From: Minisyncoccota bacterium
Lineage (GTDB): Bacteria; Patescibacteriota; Minisyncoccia; JAHIHE01; JAGLIN01
Direction of reading: 5' to 3'
Assembly (NCBI GenBank): GCA_028690055.1
Contig: JAQVBZ010000007.1
Span: 1 to 57,547 of the forward strand
Length of the DNA: 57,547 nt
Both the position numbers and the translations under genes were made by a program. A model generated the notes under the pieces. It had not been told where the DNA came from, made no database searches, and was given only the letters and a program-made list of their open reading frames with translations. Below are positions 20,131 through 30,117 of the stretch, piece after piece (the stretch's first letter is position 1; each line of letters begins with the position of its first letter).

Positions 20131-21570
20131 TTATTGCCAATACCCGCCCTGACAAGTTAATGTCTTCCCGAAACGATAAACCTTTTCGTCTTGACCATCC
20201 GCCAAAGCGCAGTAATCACATTTGTCCACCACATCGTCCCCATATCTGGCCAGTAACACGCGGTCTGTCCAAGCTTGATCGCATTCCCCTTGAGAAATCC
20301 CGTAATAAGTGCCCCCGCCTTCGTCGCAACCCGATATATAACCGTTTTTGATATTTTCATAAAGACTCATACTATTACCGCCTAGCGTCGTTCCCAATGT
20401 TACCCAATAAACCCAATGCTCATCGTCACCACCCTGCTCTTCCTGGTTCGTCACCAAGATAGCGCACGGATAAATCTCCTGGAAATCTCCTACTGATTTT
20501 TCTACATATTTCTTAGGCTCGGTCTTGGTTGTTGTAGTTCCCCCCTGCGTATTCTGCATCGTATTACTTGTGGAATAAACGATATCAAACACTCCACCCC
20601 AGTTCGCTTTATTAGTTCCTTCAAGCTCCCATAGTTCATCGGAATGCACCTGCGTATCAGCGGTAAGGTCATATACGTCTTTGACATCCTGTGTTTCATT
20701 GTCCTCAGATGAGGCCCCCGTGGCAGTATCTCCGGTAGCTGAGTTAGAGTCTATGTTGCCGTTTACGGTATACCCGTGCCGAGCATTCAGCTTGACCGAG
20801 ATAAATTTAAATCCGCACATATCTTTCCTTTCACACGCTACGTTACAATCAGTCTCACCTACAGGTAACGGAGTTTTTTCTTCAGTTAGACAGGTGCAAT
20901 ATCCGGTAAAATAGGGGTCACTGTTGGTCCTGGGGGAACCAGGGAAGATACAAGATAAATTTTTCTTCATCAACGCGACCTTATCTGAAGCAAGAGGTTC
21001 AAACACTGTCGCTCCTGATTTTATTTGTTCTGCCGTATCCAAACTCATTTCTCTCTGGTACCCCTCGGGACTGGTATAAATGACAGTTTGTACCCCGTTT
21101 CCGTTTGAGTCGATAGGTGAAGAAAAAGTCCCGACATAAGAAGCAGCTGCGTTATCCTTCGAAAAAGTGGCACCCGGTTGACGAAGATAGAGTACGTCAG
21201 GATTGATGGTGCCCACGATCACGTAAGAAAGGAGTGCCAGAAGCAGTCCCAAAATAGCGTCTTTGATGGTTTCTTTGGCACTGGAAACCGCACCTCCGCT
21301 GCCAGCCGCCATGATATATTTCATCCCCCCGATAATAAGCATCACCACCGCCACGATTCCGACGATACTCAAGAGAAAATTATAGATTCCTATCAAATAA
21401 TTGGAGATATTCACCTCGGTCGCATCCACCCCAGGGATTTTCACCAAAGGCTCATATCCGGTGGCATTATCAGTAGCAGCAATGTCAGAGGCGTATAGAC
21501 TGGAGGCACAAAAACCAGAAATCCAAACAGCAGATAACGCCAAAAAAACCCCGAAAGCGTTCTTTTTCAT
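20131..21570 (-). CDS. Pilin (TrbC/VirB2-like) domain fused to a Cys-rich extracellular domain
   Basis: Signal peptide, YLIGIYNFLLSIVGIVAVVMLIIGGMKYIMAAG...AKETIKDAILGLLLALLSYVIVGTINPDVL, then many Cys. Confidence 0.85.
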   Translation of the reverse strand: MKKNAFGVFLALSAVWISGFCASSLYASDIAATDNATGYEPLVKIPGVDATEVNISNYLIGIYNFLLSIVGIVAVVMLIIGGMKYIMAAGSGGAVSSAKETIKDAILGLLLALLSYVIVGTINPDVLYLRQPGATFSKDNAAASYVGTFSSPIDSNGNGVQTVIYTSPEGYQREMSLDTAEQIKSGATVFEPLASDKVALMKKNLSCIFPGSPRTNSDPYFTGYCTCLTEEKTPLPVGETDCNVACERKDMCGFKFISVKLNARHGYTVNGNIDSNSATGDTATGASSEDNETQDVKDVYDLTADTQVHSDELWELEGTNKANWGGVFDIVYSTSNTMQNTQGGTTTTKTEPKKYVEKSVGDFQEIYPCAILVTNQEEQGGDDEHWVYWVTLGTTLGGNSMSLYENIKNGYISGCDEGGGTYYGISQGECDQAWTDRVLLARYGDDVVDKCDYCALADGQDEKVYRFGKTLTCQGGYWQ

Positions 21571-21688
21571 TTTGATTTTCTTAAAATTTATATTTCGATC
21601 TTTTATAATAACTTCACTGAGAAATTAAAAAAATCTTTTTAATTTCGTCACTGCCTTTATTAAGTAAAAGGGGAACCGTCTGAAAGTA

Positions 21689-22960
21689 TCAAATACTGTT
21701 TACCGCTTTTCGAGTTTGCTTTTGTACTCGCATATAGTCTTCGTTAATTTTACCAAGCGTTTCATTCGCTTGCCTGACTGCTTTATTGTAATCATAATGA
21801 TTCCAAGCGTTCATAACCAAGAATAGCGGTAATATACCGAAGAAAGGTATGCCATCAAAGACAAAGAAGATTATCGCCCTAAGAAAGAGTTTCATAAGCC
21901 ATCGGGAAAACATTCCGTGACGGCTTCCACAAAGCGACAGCCAAAAAACAGAAATAATTAGCCCTAGCGCAATCCCCGTCAGAAGACCTGCTCCTGGAAT
22001 AAAATCAAGACAATCTTTGATAAGAGCAACAAAATAAGTAATTCCGATCATCATGGCCCCCACGACACCCCCTTTTTCCGCCTGCTTCGCCATTTTTTCC
22101 GCAGCTTTAGACAAGATACGCATTGCTCGGTCTCCCGCGAGAGAAATCGCAATCCTTAACGCTATCTTATTTTTCAATCCGTTAACCTCCATATTCCCCT
22201 TTATTCTCTCCTCTGCTATCTTACCGGATTCTTTTGCAGCTCCCGCCCTGGCACTGCCTATTTTTTGTGCCGAAGTTTTATTGTGAATTTCATCGAACGT
22301 AGCTTTCCTCCTTTCTTCTTCTGTCATCCCAACCCCTGATGCGGCCGAATTCACTTCAGGGCGACCGGGAGATTGAGAAACCGTTCCGATACGACCGCCT
22401 GTTCCGTTACGCAGATTCTGGTATGGGTCTGCTTCGCCTCGAGAGTCCTTCTGTTTTTGTAATTCAGCCTTTCTCCTTGCGCCCCCTTCAGCGCCTGGCA
22501 TCCTTAAATCCTCCGCCTGTTTTTTATTATAATCCTCTTTGGTCGGCGGTTTCTTTTCGCCTGCAGATTTCATCATCTGCTGATTGACTCTGCTATTTAT
22601 TGCACCGACACTGCCGGGAGTTTCATTTCCTGTCTCCGCTTGATTTGCTACACCATTTTGCGCCGTATCCCGACCTCCCAATCGCGCCATTTGCCTAGCG
22701 TTTTCTCCCGTATTCCCGAAGTCTACAAGACCTCCGTTCTGTGCCGTTCCCGTGTTTCCTGCTTGTTTTGTCATTCCATTTTGCGTCGATTCCGATTTTT
22801 TTCTCGTTGCCGCGGAAGCGACTTTATTTATACCCCCCTTTGCTTGATTTGCAGCTATATTTACAGCCTTATCTTCAATTCTATCTCTAAGCCCACCTGA
22901 AACACGCCCTCGAGCAGATACCCCTCCTTCACTTGATTGTGTTTTTTCTTCCTGTGGCAT
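21689..22960 (-). CDS. Hypothetical membrane protein with low-complexity N-terminus, in the T4SS-like operon
   Basis: G/N/Q/T-rich N-half, 3-4 TM helices at the C-terminus. Confidence 0.7.
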   Translation of the reverse strand: MPQEEKTQSSEGGVSARGRVSGGLRDRIEDKAVNIAANQAKGGINKVASAATRKKSESTQNGMTKQAGNTGTAQNGGLVDFGNTGENARQMARLGGRDTAQNGVANQAETGNETPGSVGAINSRVNQQMMKSAGEKKPPTKEDYNKKQAEDLRMPGAEGGARRKAELQKQKDSRGEADPYQNLRNGTGGRIGTVSQSPGRPEVNSAASGVGMTEEERRKATFDEIHNKTSAQKIGSARAGAAKESGKIAEERIKGNMEVNGLKNKIALRIAISLAGDRAMRILSKAAEKMAKQAEKGGVVGAMMIGITYFVALIKDCLDFIPGAGLLTGIALGLIISVFWLSLCGSRHGMFSRWLMKLFLRAIIFFVFDGIPFFGILPLFLVMNAWNHYDYNKAVRQANETLGKINEDYMRVQKQTRKAVNSI

Positions 22961-22976
22961 ATTTCAAAAAATTAGA

Positions 22977-24836
22977 TTACATATCGGCCATTCCCGACAA
23001 TTCTTTCTTGGCCTTTTCAATCTCCAGCAACTGCGCCGGATCGGAAGTTATAATTTGGTCTTCGGAATAGGAAGCTACAACCTTGATAGCCGCGCGCTTC
23101 GGACCGGCGAAGAAGATACCTTCACCGACGTTGCTCTCCAAAAGCAGGAATTTCTCTTCATCCGTAAGATAGAAGGTATCCACGATAACCTTGATACCGG
23201 CAGGGGATTGCTTGAGCAGCAGCTGGATGGAAGAGTTGGTCACGATCGGTTTACCGTATTTGGAACCCATAAAATCGGTAACATCCTGAGTGATAGTGGT
23301 AAGTCCCAGGAAATATTTTCTACACCGCTTAGCGATACTGAAGAGGAAGGAGGCGGCGTCTTCGTGCTGCATCATCCACCAAGCCTCATCCACTACCAGG
23401 ATTCTTTTCTTGCGCTTGGAACGGATAAGATTCCAAATGAAGTGGAGTACGAGGTACATGGCCACCGGACGGAGATCGTCTTCCATATCACGTATATTGA
23501 AAACGATGAACTTATTATCCGGATCGATATTGGTCTTATGATTCAAGAACCCCGCGAATGTTCCTTCTGTATACTTCTTGACTCTAGCAGCCAGACTCTC
23601 CGCTCCTACCATATTTTCCAATACCATCTGCAGTTCGGTCATTGTCGGCGGCTCCATTTTTGTGAAATCTGATTCGGCGGTAATATCCTTGATGGCATAA
23701 GACTCAGTGATTGCTTTATCCAAGATGGCATCCTCTTCCGGAGTGATGTCACTTATCATAACTTTAAGAAGTCCCGACACATTCACGATAGCACTGCGAA
23801 GCACGTCTCCCGGGTCTTCGTCCTCCAACGCCTTCGGTAGATCGAAAGGATTGATGTGGTTCTTGGAGGAAAGAGAAATCTTCATAAAGGTTCCTCCTGT
23901 CATCTCGCACAAATGCTTGTATTCATTCTCAGGGTCGATAACGATAACCTCCGTACTGAGCATCAGGCTTCTGAGGATTTCCAGCTTGACCGTATAGCTT
24001 TTTCCCGCACCAGACTTGGCAAAGATCACCATATTGGCATTTTCCATTGAGAACCGATCGAAGAGTACCAAACTGTTGTTGTGACGATTGATACCGTAGA
24101 GAATTCCCTGATTGGAAGTAAGGTCGCTTGAAACGAAGGGGAAGGTCGTGGAAAGTGGGGAAGTATTCATATTGTTCCCAACCATCAGTTTGTCATTCGC
24201 TAGCGGTAGCGTAGAGTTGAAGCCTCTTTCCGTCTGCATCATCGAATCTTTCATATAAACCAGTTTTGCTTCCAAAATCGCCTCGACTTTCAGCTCTTCC
24301 TTGCGGACCTCTTCCTCTGTATCCCCATACAGAGTGATATATAATCCGAATTGGAAGAAATGCTCAATGCCTTGCTGCAGGTCGTCCCGCAGATTTTCTA
24401 CATCCTGATAAGCGGTTTCCAATACAGGATCACGCACCAGTCCTTTATCCTCATTGATGGAAAGCTGCGACTGGATCCGGGTCACCACCTTACGCAGCTG
24501 CTTCAACACATCGACGGTATTCTGCGGATGGACGAACATCGCCACATCAAAGGTAGAATCCAAATTGATAATGGGCGAAAACCAGCTGGTCTGCAGGTAA
24601 CGTGGGTAAGCGTAAACAAAGAGTGTGGAGGCCAGCTTGTTATTGATTCTCACATAAGATGGCATGATTTGGAACACAGACGGCGCGATAATGTCTTTGA
24701 AAGATGCCAACCCCCTTTGATAAAGTTTTTCTGACTCAACCAACTCCGTCTTTTCCGCAACGCTCTGAGCGGAAACAGCAGTTTGCTGTTCGTTGGCTGC
24801 CCTTTTCGTTGCTTTTATTGTGTCTAAAATTCCCAT
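22977..24836 (-). CDS. VirB4-like conjugal-transfer ATPase
   Basis: Walker A AKSGAGKS, VIVIDPENEY, Walker B ILVVDEAW, RKY, ITQ, LLLKQ motifs. Confidence 0.92.
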   Translation of the reverse strand: MGILDTIKATKRAANEQQTAVSAQSVAEKTELVESEKLYQRGLASFKDIIAPSVFQIMPSYVRINNKLASTLFVYAYPRYLQTSWFSPIINLDSTFDVAMFVHPQNTVDVLKQLRKVVTRIQSQLSINEDKGLVRDPVLETAYQDVENLRDDLQQGIEHFFQFGLYITLYGDTEEEVRKEELKVEAILEAKLVYMKDSMMQTERGFNSTLPLANDKLMVGNNMNTSPLSTTFPFVSSDLTSNQGILYGINRHNNSLVLFDRFSMENANMVIFAKSGAGKSYTVKLEILRSLMLSTEVIVIDPENEYKHLCEMTGGTFMKISLSSKNHINPFDLPKALEDEDPGDVLRSAIVNVSGLLKVMISDITPEEDAILDKAITESYAIKDITAESDFTKMEPPTMTELQMVLENMVGAESLAARVKKYTEGTFAGFLNHKTNIDPDNKFIVFNIRDMEDDLRPVAMYLVLHFIWNLIRSKRKKRILVVDEAWWMMQHEDAASFLFSIAKRCRKYFLGLTTITQDVTDFMGSKYGKPIVTNSSIQLLLKQSPAGIKVIVDTFYLTDEEKFLLLESNVGEGIFFAGPKRAAIKVVASYSEDQIITSDPAQLLEIEKAKKELSGMADM

Positions 24837-24863
24837 ACTACTTTTATTTTATTTTTTTACGAA

Positions 24864-25544
24864 TTATGAAGCGAGGTCAAGGTCTGCGATGTCCGGCAAT
24901 CCTTTTTTCTCAACCGATTCCGGATTATACAAGTTATAATATAGCTCGATAAGTTCCTGAGTATTAAGCATCGTCATTCTCAGTCCCGCCCCGCTCAAGT
25001 TCTCCACAACGTGATCGACTCTCTGGAAAAGCTGGTCGCGATATTTCTCAAAGTTCCTGCGGTTCGCCATAATCTGCGGGGCATTGGCAACAGAAGCAAT
25101 CTTCGCCTTGACGTTGCCATCCTTGGACTCCGACAAAGAGAAGGGAACAACGATGTAGAAAGTCTTAGCCACGATGTTGGCCATTTTCACCAACCCATTG
25201 ATATATTCGACATAGCTCGTAATCTGCATACGAAGCAAGTCGTTAGTTTGCTTCTTTTCCTCTTCGCGCAAGACATCAAGATAAGTATCGATATTGAGAC
25301 GCCTGGAATTAATAACAATCTGTACCGAAAAATCCAAGGAGTTCAAAAAACTCTGATAGCGATAGATAATACCATCCTGCTCATCGATTGATTTGAGCGA
25401 GAAATTTATAGAAGAAACCATCAGCACTCCTCGCAAACTGCCGTTTTTCAAAACGACTACATTATCTTTTATTTCACTGATTTCAAGATATTTTTGTGAG
25501 CTTAGCCCTTTTTGGTCTTGCTTCTCTGGAGTAGACATTGCCAT
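24864..25544 (-). CDS. TraC-like/VirB4-associated protein of the CPR T4SS-like locus
   Basis: EIKDNVVVLKNG, SSINFSLKS.DEQ, FLNSLDF..QI, FYIVVPF; lies between PrgI and VirB4. Confidence 0.75.
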   Translation of the reverse strand: MAMSTPEKQDQKGLSSQKYLEISEIKDNVVVLKNGSLRGVLMVSSINFSLKSIDEQDGIIYRYQSFLNSLDFSVQIVINSRRLNIDTYLDVLREEEKKQTNDLLRMQITSYVEYINGLVKMANIVAKTFYIVVPFSLSESKDGNVKAKIASVANAPQIMANRRNFEKYRDQLFQRVDHVVENLSGAGLRMTMLNTQELIELYYNLYNPESVEKKGLPDIADLDLAS

Positions 25545-25704
25545 AGTAAAAGCTGTTAGAATTTAAGAAAAATCTAAAGTTGAAGTTTTATTTTCCTTCA
25601 AAACTGCAACTTTCTTTCTTCCTTCTGTTCTACTTTTAATATATGCAGGATATCATCTCCCGATCAGAGACTGTCTTCGATCTGATCAAGGATCAAGGGC
25701 AGGC

Positions 25705-25775
25705 TCTGAGGTAACCCGAAGGATCTCGTTATGTCCCGCGTAGTATCGGGATTCTTCGGATTACCTCAGAAGACA
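25705..25775. repeat. TGTCAT-family palindrome, copy c (left arm interrupted)
   Basis: ctgaggtaacccgaaggatctcg...cgggattcttcggattacctcagaagaca; TGTC displaced to about 25672 by a ~30-bp insert. Confidence 0.8.
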
Positions 25776-25780
25776 CAATT

Positions 25781-26233
25781 CTAGTTTCTGAAAATGTTCT
25801 GATCCGGCCTCGTCTGCGCCTCGTAAGGCAAATTAACAGCGGCGCTGGTATCCAAAAGATTGGCTAAATCGCGTATTCTACTGTGTGGAACTTGTTTTAT
25901 AGGTTCTACCGTAGAGACATGCCTTTTTTGCACCGTCTTGTACATCGTTATCTCCGGTTCTCTTCTCCAGAGGTAGAGATGGTTGGTTGTGAAATATTCC
26001 AAAACATTTGCCAAGTAACGGGCGAGCGAAATCCCTTTTGGTCTGTAGAAAGCGAATGCCAGCGTCAGGGGAGCAATGATGATAAAAATGAGCAAGAAAA
26101 ACATAAAGCTGAAAAAAGTAAAGGCCATAAGTAAAACTCCTCCCCCCATAATCAGATAGATAGTCTGCTTGCCGGTTAGAGGCCCTACGATCTTATCTTC
26201 TACATCAATAAACTGTGGAACACTAAATTGCAT
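25781..26233 (-). CDS. PrgI-family protein (VirB3-like)
   Basis: MQFSVPQFIDVEDKIVGPLT, two TM, AFYRPKG..L, YLWRR. Confidence 0.88.
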   Translation of the reverse strand: MQFSVPQFIDVEDKIVGPLTGKQTIYLIMGGGVLLMAFTFFSFMFFLLIFIIIAPLTLAFAFYRPKGISLARYLANVLEYFTTNHLYLWRREPEITMYKTVQKRHVSTVEPIKQVPHSRIRDLANLLDTSAAVNLPYEAQTRPDQNIFRN

Positions 26234-26289
26234 ATGATTGAAATTATATTTTTATTTTTTCGTTATTTAGGAAGGTCGGTACGATAAAG

Positions 26290-26756
26290 TGTCATCCCTA
26301 GACAGAGGCTACCGTACTTTACTTGTCATTGCTCCAATAGGTCTCTAAATTCAGGATTCAAAGTTTTTATAAGATCGACTTTCTTGCTCCTTACCCATCC
26401 TTTGATTTCCTTTTCCGCCATTATCGCCGATTCAGGAGAATCGAACTCTTGGCAATACACTAATTTTTCAACATTATATCTTTTTGTAAAACTCTTCTCG
26501 CTCGATTTACTTTGATGCTCAAACATTCTCCTGTAAACATCATTAATGATTCCCGTATAAAAAACAATGTTTCTCTTATTTGTTGCAATATAAACATAAT
26601 ATTTTTTATTGCGCATTGCTTTTTATTACTTGTCACCCCTAAGCTGTCATCCTGAGGCAGAGGTTACTATATCTTACCTGTCATCCTGAGGTACTCCGAA
26701 GGATCCCGTTATATCCCGCGCAGTCTCGGGATTCTTCGGGTTACCTCAGAATGACA
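26290..26756. mobile_element. GIY-YIG nuclease cassette bracketed by 40-bp direct repeats and a full TGTCAT palindrome (copy d)
   Basis: 26290..26329 vs 26645..26684 share 31/40 nt, each TGTCAT...TGTCAT; full palindrome 26679..26756; inserted inside the T4SS-like operon. Confidence 0.65.
26326..26616 (-). CDS. Small stand-alone GIY-YIG nuclease
   Basis: YYVYI...YTG, RR..EH, FTKRYNV.KLVY, EK.IKGW.R.KK..LI...NP; stop TGA lies inside an AATGACA tag. Confidence 0.93.
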   Translation of the reverse strand: MRNKKYYVYIATNKRNIVFYTGIINDVYRRMFEHQSKSSEKSFTKRYNVEKLVYCQEFDSPESAIMAEKEIKGWVRSKKVDLIKTLNPEFRDLLEQ

Positions 26757-26850
26757 CGATTTTTCTATCTCTTTAATATTCCTATGGAGCTATACCTTTG
26801 CGCGCCGCACAACTGTATAGCATCTATAATAATATTATATTTCTTTAGGA

Positions 26851-27639
26851 TTACTCGTCCTGTATCAAAGAAAAGTCTATTTTCTTCAACTTGGGAGAGT
26901 AGGGGAGATCAATATCTCCATCAAACGACTTCACAATGAGATTGAGCTGCCTGCGCTCTTCATCATTCATACTTCGAGTGTTCTTGTCGTGGCAGACGTA
27001 CTGAACCCTATCCAGATTGGAATGATCATTATATATTCCGACTTTATCTTTATAGTCTTGGATCCAATATTTTATCATAGGCTTCATACCCGACATACCT
27101 TTGAGATCGATAGAATTCTGTGCTCCGATGACTTCGTCTCCCAATTCAGGATGTTGCCTGATTAAATCTTCAATCTTGCCATAAACGATTTTATCTTTCG
27201 TTTTTTCCACTATCTCCGCGCGTTCCTTATCCAGCATATCCTCAATCGCTTCCTCTCTGTTTGCAAACTGCTGAGCAACCTTTTCCACCTTTATCTCCTT
27301 CGGAATCTCTCCTCCCAGTTTCAAGATTTCATCCTCGACTCCCGGGTAAAAATCCTTAACCGGATAAAGCATCTTACAGAGAATGACAAGGGCCACCTCC
27401 GCAGCAGTTTTCTCATCGAATTGAAATGCCTCTTTCAATATCAACGACAACTGCTCAACCTTGGCATCTTTGAGAAAAGTCAGTCCGACAACGTCTTTGA
27501 ACTTTTCAAGCTTTTCCTTGTCATCATTCAGATATTGTTTCCAAACCAACAAGATAGCATCCGAAGACTGGTCACTTAAGGAGTTATCCCTTATATTATC
27601 GGGTAGCTGGTTTAATCTGGCTATTATTTCTTTGTTCAT
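26851..27639 (-). CDS. Hypothetical protein (262 aa) in the T4SS-like operon
   Basis: Long ORF 6 nt downstream of the VirB6-like stop; helical composition. Confidence 0.75.
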   Translation of the reverse strand: MNKEIIARLNQLPDNIRDNSLSDQSSDAILLVWKQYLNDDKEKLEKFKDVVGLTFLKDAKVEQLSLILKEAFQFDEKTAAEVALVILCKMLYPVKDFYPGVEDEILKLGGEIPKEIKVEKVAQQFANREEAIEDMLDKERAEIVEKTKDKIVYGKIEDLIRQHPELGDEVIGAQNSIDLKGMSGMKPMIKYWIQDYKDKVGIYNDHSNLDRVQYVCHDKNTRSMNDEERRQLNLIVKSFDGDIDLPYSPKLKKIDFSLIQDE

Positions 27640-27645
27640 ACTCGT

Positions 27646-29964
27646 TTAATTTAGTGAGTCATTGGCAGCGTCAATTTTCTCCTGTAGTTCAATAGGTGTA
27701 AGATTGGCAGCCCCTGCCGCATTCAATGAATCTTTAATTTCGTCTAACTTCTCGGAGTCTCTCTTCTTCCCAACTCCGGTTATCGCTTTTGCAGTGGCGC
27801 GGAAACCGTGAGCTTTTCTATCTTCTTTGCTCATAGCGATAATGTCCGAAGAATCGACACTCTTGGCAAATAACTCATTAGCATGTTTCTCATAATCTTC
27901 ATTGCCTTTCGTAGCCTTTTTGGTCACTGCTGCAGCGAGAGATTTATCCACGCTAGCCCCAGTTTTGATAGCAGCGCCGGCATATACCATCTTGTTTTTT
28001 TCGAGTTCAACTTTTATACCTGCGTTGGCAGAATCCTGTCGCTTCTTTTCAACTTCTTCAATATGCGTCGTTATACCTTCACGCAATTTCGACTTATGCA
28101 TGAGAGGTTTATCGCCCAACTTGCTAAGTTGTCCGGTGTCTTTATAGGCCTCCACCATAGCGACCGCATCTGCCTCATTTTCAAGCCCCTGCACCTTAGT
28201 ATCCTCTCCTTTATTAACAGCCTTTATCGCCGCCGCCCTCATAATTTCTTGCTTTGACGCATCCGCTTCACTCATACCCTGCTTCATGTTCAATTGAATT
28301 CTTTCTTGCGCATCCACATCAGCAGACCCATCTTTATTTTTAAATGCATCCATTTTTCTCTTATTTAGGTTCTCACTAGTAAGAGTATTAAAACTCAAGT
28401 TTTGGTTTGTCAAATCCTTGATATCCCCCTGCGACATAACAGAGGCCGCAGCGGTAAAATGTTTCTGAAGCTCCGGATTACCCAGATCGTGCTGTTCCGC
28501 CGCCGCCCTAAGTGCGATTGCTTTATCAACATTATCACCCTGATTAAGCCTTTTCCAGTCCAACGCTTTCAGATTATCTCCATAGCTCTTCTGCCTCTTA
28601 TCGATAGCATCTTTCTTGGCACGCTCTAAAGAGGACTGATCTTTCACAATCATACCCGTAGCGATATTCCCTGCATAGGGAATATGTTTCCCTGCGAAAC
28701 CGACCGCCTTCTGATATCCACCATGCATAGTGTCTTGTGCTTTAGCTGCACCTTCAAAATTTCTCACGCTTGCGCCCTTTGCCCAACCGAGGCTTTTTCT
28801 CGTAGCCCTTTCTCCCACTTTACCTACGGCATAACTCATACCCGCCACTTTTCCGATTCCAAGTCTTCCTCCTACGATGGCACCGGCTCCATACGCCCCC
28901 ACACTTTTGGCCGCCATAACAGAGTAGAGGAGTATCCCCATCGCAACCACGTTTGGAATGATCAGCATAAGAAAAGGTGCTATACCTCCCATTTTTGAAG
29001 TGTCTCCCAAAGAGGAAGGATCCGTACTGATCGGATTGTCAGTGAGCTCCTTCGCCATCACGGCAGAAAGATAAACAAAGAAGATAAACACCGGGCCGGA
29101 AATAGTATTACCAATAAGAGCCCCCCACCACTGTTTGGTATATTGCCCCATAGAAGGCAATACCATACTAAAGAAAGCAAAAGGAGAGATAATAATAAGG
29201 ATTGCAAACATTACGAGGCGCAACAACAGGAACATAGCCAACATAATATATATAATTCCCAGAACGAAAGTGTATAACACCGCGAAGATGAGAGCGACGA
29301 TGTCACCGGCGCTAGCCGCAGAACCTTCCCTTGCGAGAGCAATTGCCTTAAAAGAATCCACAATACTGGACAATGTCGAGCCACTGCCTTCCGCACCGGA
29401 AAAAGACCCTAGCCAAGCAGCCATGCCGAAGAGAAAAACTTGACCTACGTCAATCACCATCTTGGTAATTTCCGCACTGAAATTTATAAGAAAAATAGAG
29501 ATAACAAATTTCGGTAACAGGCTTTTGTAACCGTATGATTGATTTCCGACAATGGTCGCAAAAGCTATCAGCAGAAGGAAAAAGACATAAAACATATTGC
29601 AAGAATCCCTGACCGTCCTCCATCCGACCTGGACAGCACCGGTAGAAAGCCCTGTAGCAGAATCAACGGTACCAATCAGGACAGCCTTATACATCGCCGG
29701 ATTGAGCATCACGTCCACCAGCCACGCGCCGAGATATACCAGATAGCTGGCAAGGGTCAGAAGGATTTTCATAACCTCAAAAACGATAATTTTCAATGCC
29801 GGCACGACACAGTTCATGATGGCTGCTTTGAAAGCATCTATCAACCCGGCATGAGCGGACGCAACGGGTAAAGCCACAAAAAAACATATAAGTATAAAAG
29901 CTGAAAAATAAACTGCCTTCTTTTTTGAATCAATGTTCTGAAACCTGCCGAGGAAATTTTTCAT
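27646..29964 (-). CDS. VirB6/TrbL-like polytopic membrane protein with charged C-terminal extension
   Basis: GWRTVRDSCNMFYVFFLLLIAFATI, LLPKFVISIFLINFS, LRLVMFAILIIISPFAF, WWGALIG. Confidence 0.82.
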   Translation of the reverse strand: MKNFLGRFQNIDSKKKAVYFSAFILICFFVALPVASAHAGLIDAFKAAIMNCVVPALKIIVFEVMKILLTLASYLVYLGAWLVDVMLNPAMYKAVLIGTVDSATGLSTGAVQVGWRTVRDSCNMFYVFFLLLIAFATIVGNQSYGYKSLLPKFVISIFLINFSAEITKMVIDVGQVFLFGMAAWLGSFSGAEGSGSTLSSIVDSFKAIALAREGSAASAGDIVALIFAVLYTFVLGIIYIMLAMFLLLRLVMFAILIIISPFAFFSMVLPSMGQYTKQWWGALIGNTISGPVFIFFVYLSAVMAKELTDNPISTDPSSLGDTSKMGGIAPFLMLIIPNVVAMGILLYSVMAAKSVGAYGAGAIVGGRLGIGKVAGMSYAVGKVGERATRKSLGWAKGASVRNFEGAAKAQDTMHGGYQKAVGFAGKHIPYAGNIATGMIVKDQSSLERAKKDAIDKRQKSYGDNLKALDWKRLNQGDNVDKAIALRAAAEQHDLGNPELQKHFTAAASVMSQGDIKDLTNQNLSFNTLTSENLNKRKMDAFKNKDGSADVDAQERIQLNMKQGMSEADASKQEIMRAAAIKAVNKGEDTKVQGLENEADAVAMVEAYKDTGQLSKLGDKPLMHKSKLREGITTHIEEVEKKRQDSANAGIKVELEKNKMVYAGAAIKTGASVDKSLAAAVTKKATKGNEDYEKHANELFAKSVDSSDIIAMSKEDRKAHGFRATAKAITGVGKKRDSEKLDEIKDSLNAAGAANLTPIELQEKIDAANDSLN

Positions 29965-30117
29965 ATACTTTATATTTATATGTTTTTTAGATTAAATATT
30001 TTTCAATTTTTTAGTTTCCGACTTATTTGCATTATAACACAAAAAAAATAAAGCTACAAAAGTTCTCGTCGCTTGAAACCGCACGCCATACATATTTCTA
30101 TCAAGAAAGTTTCAAGC

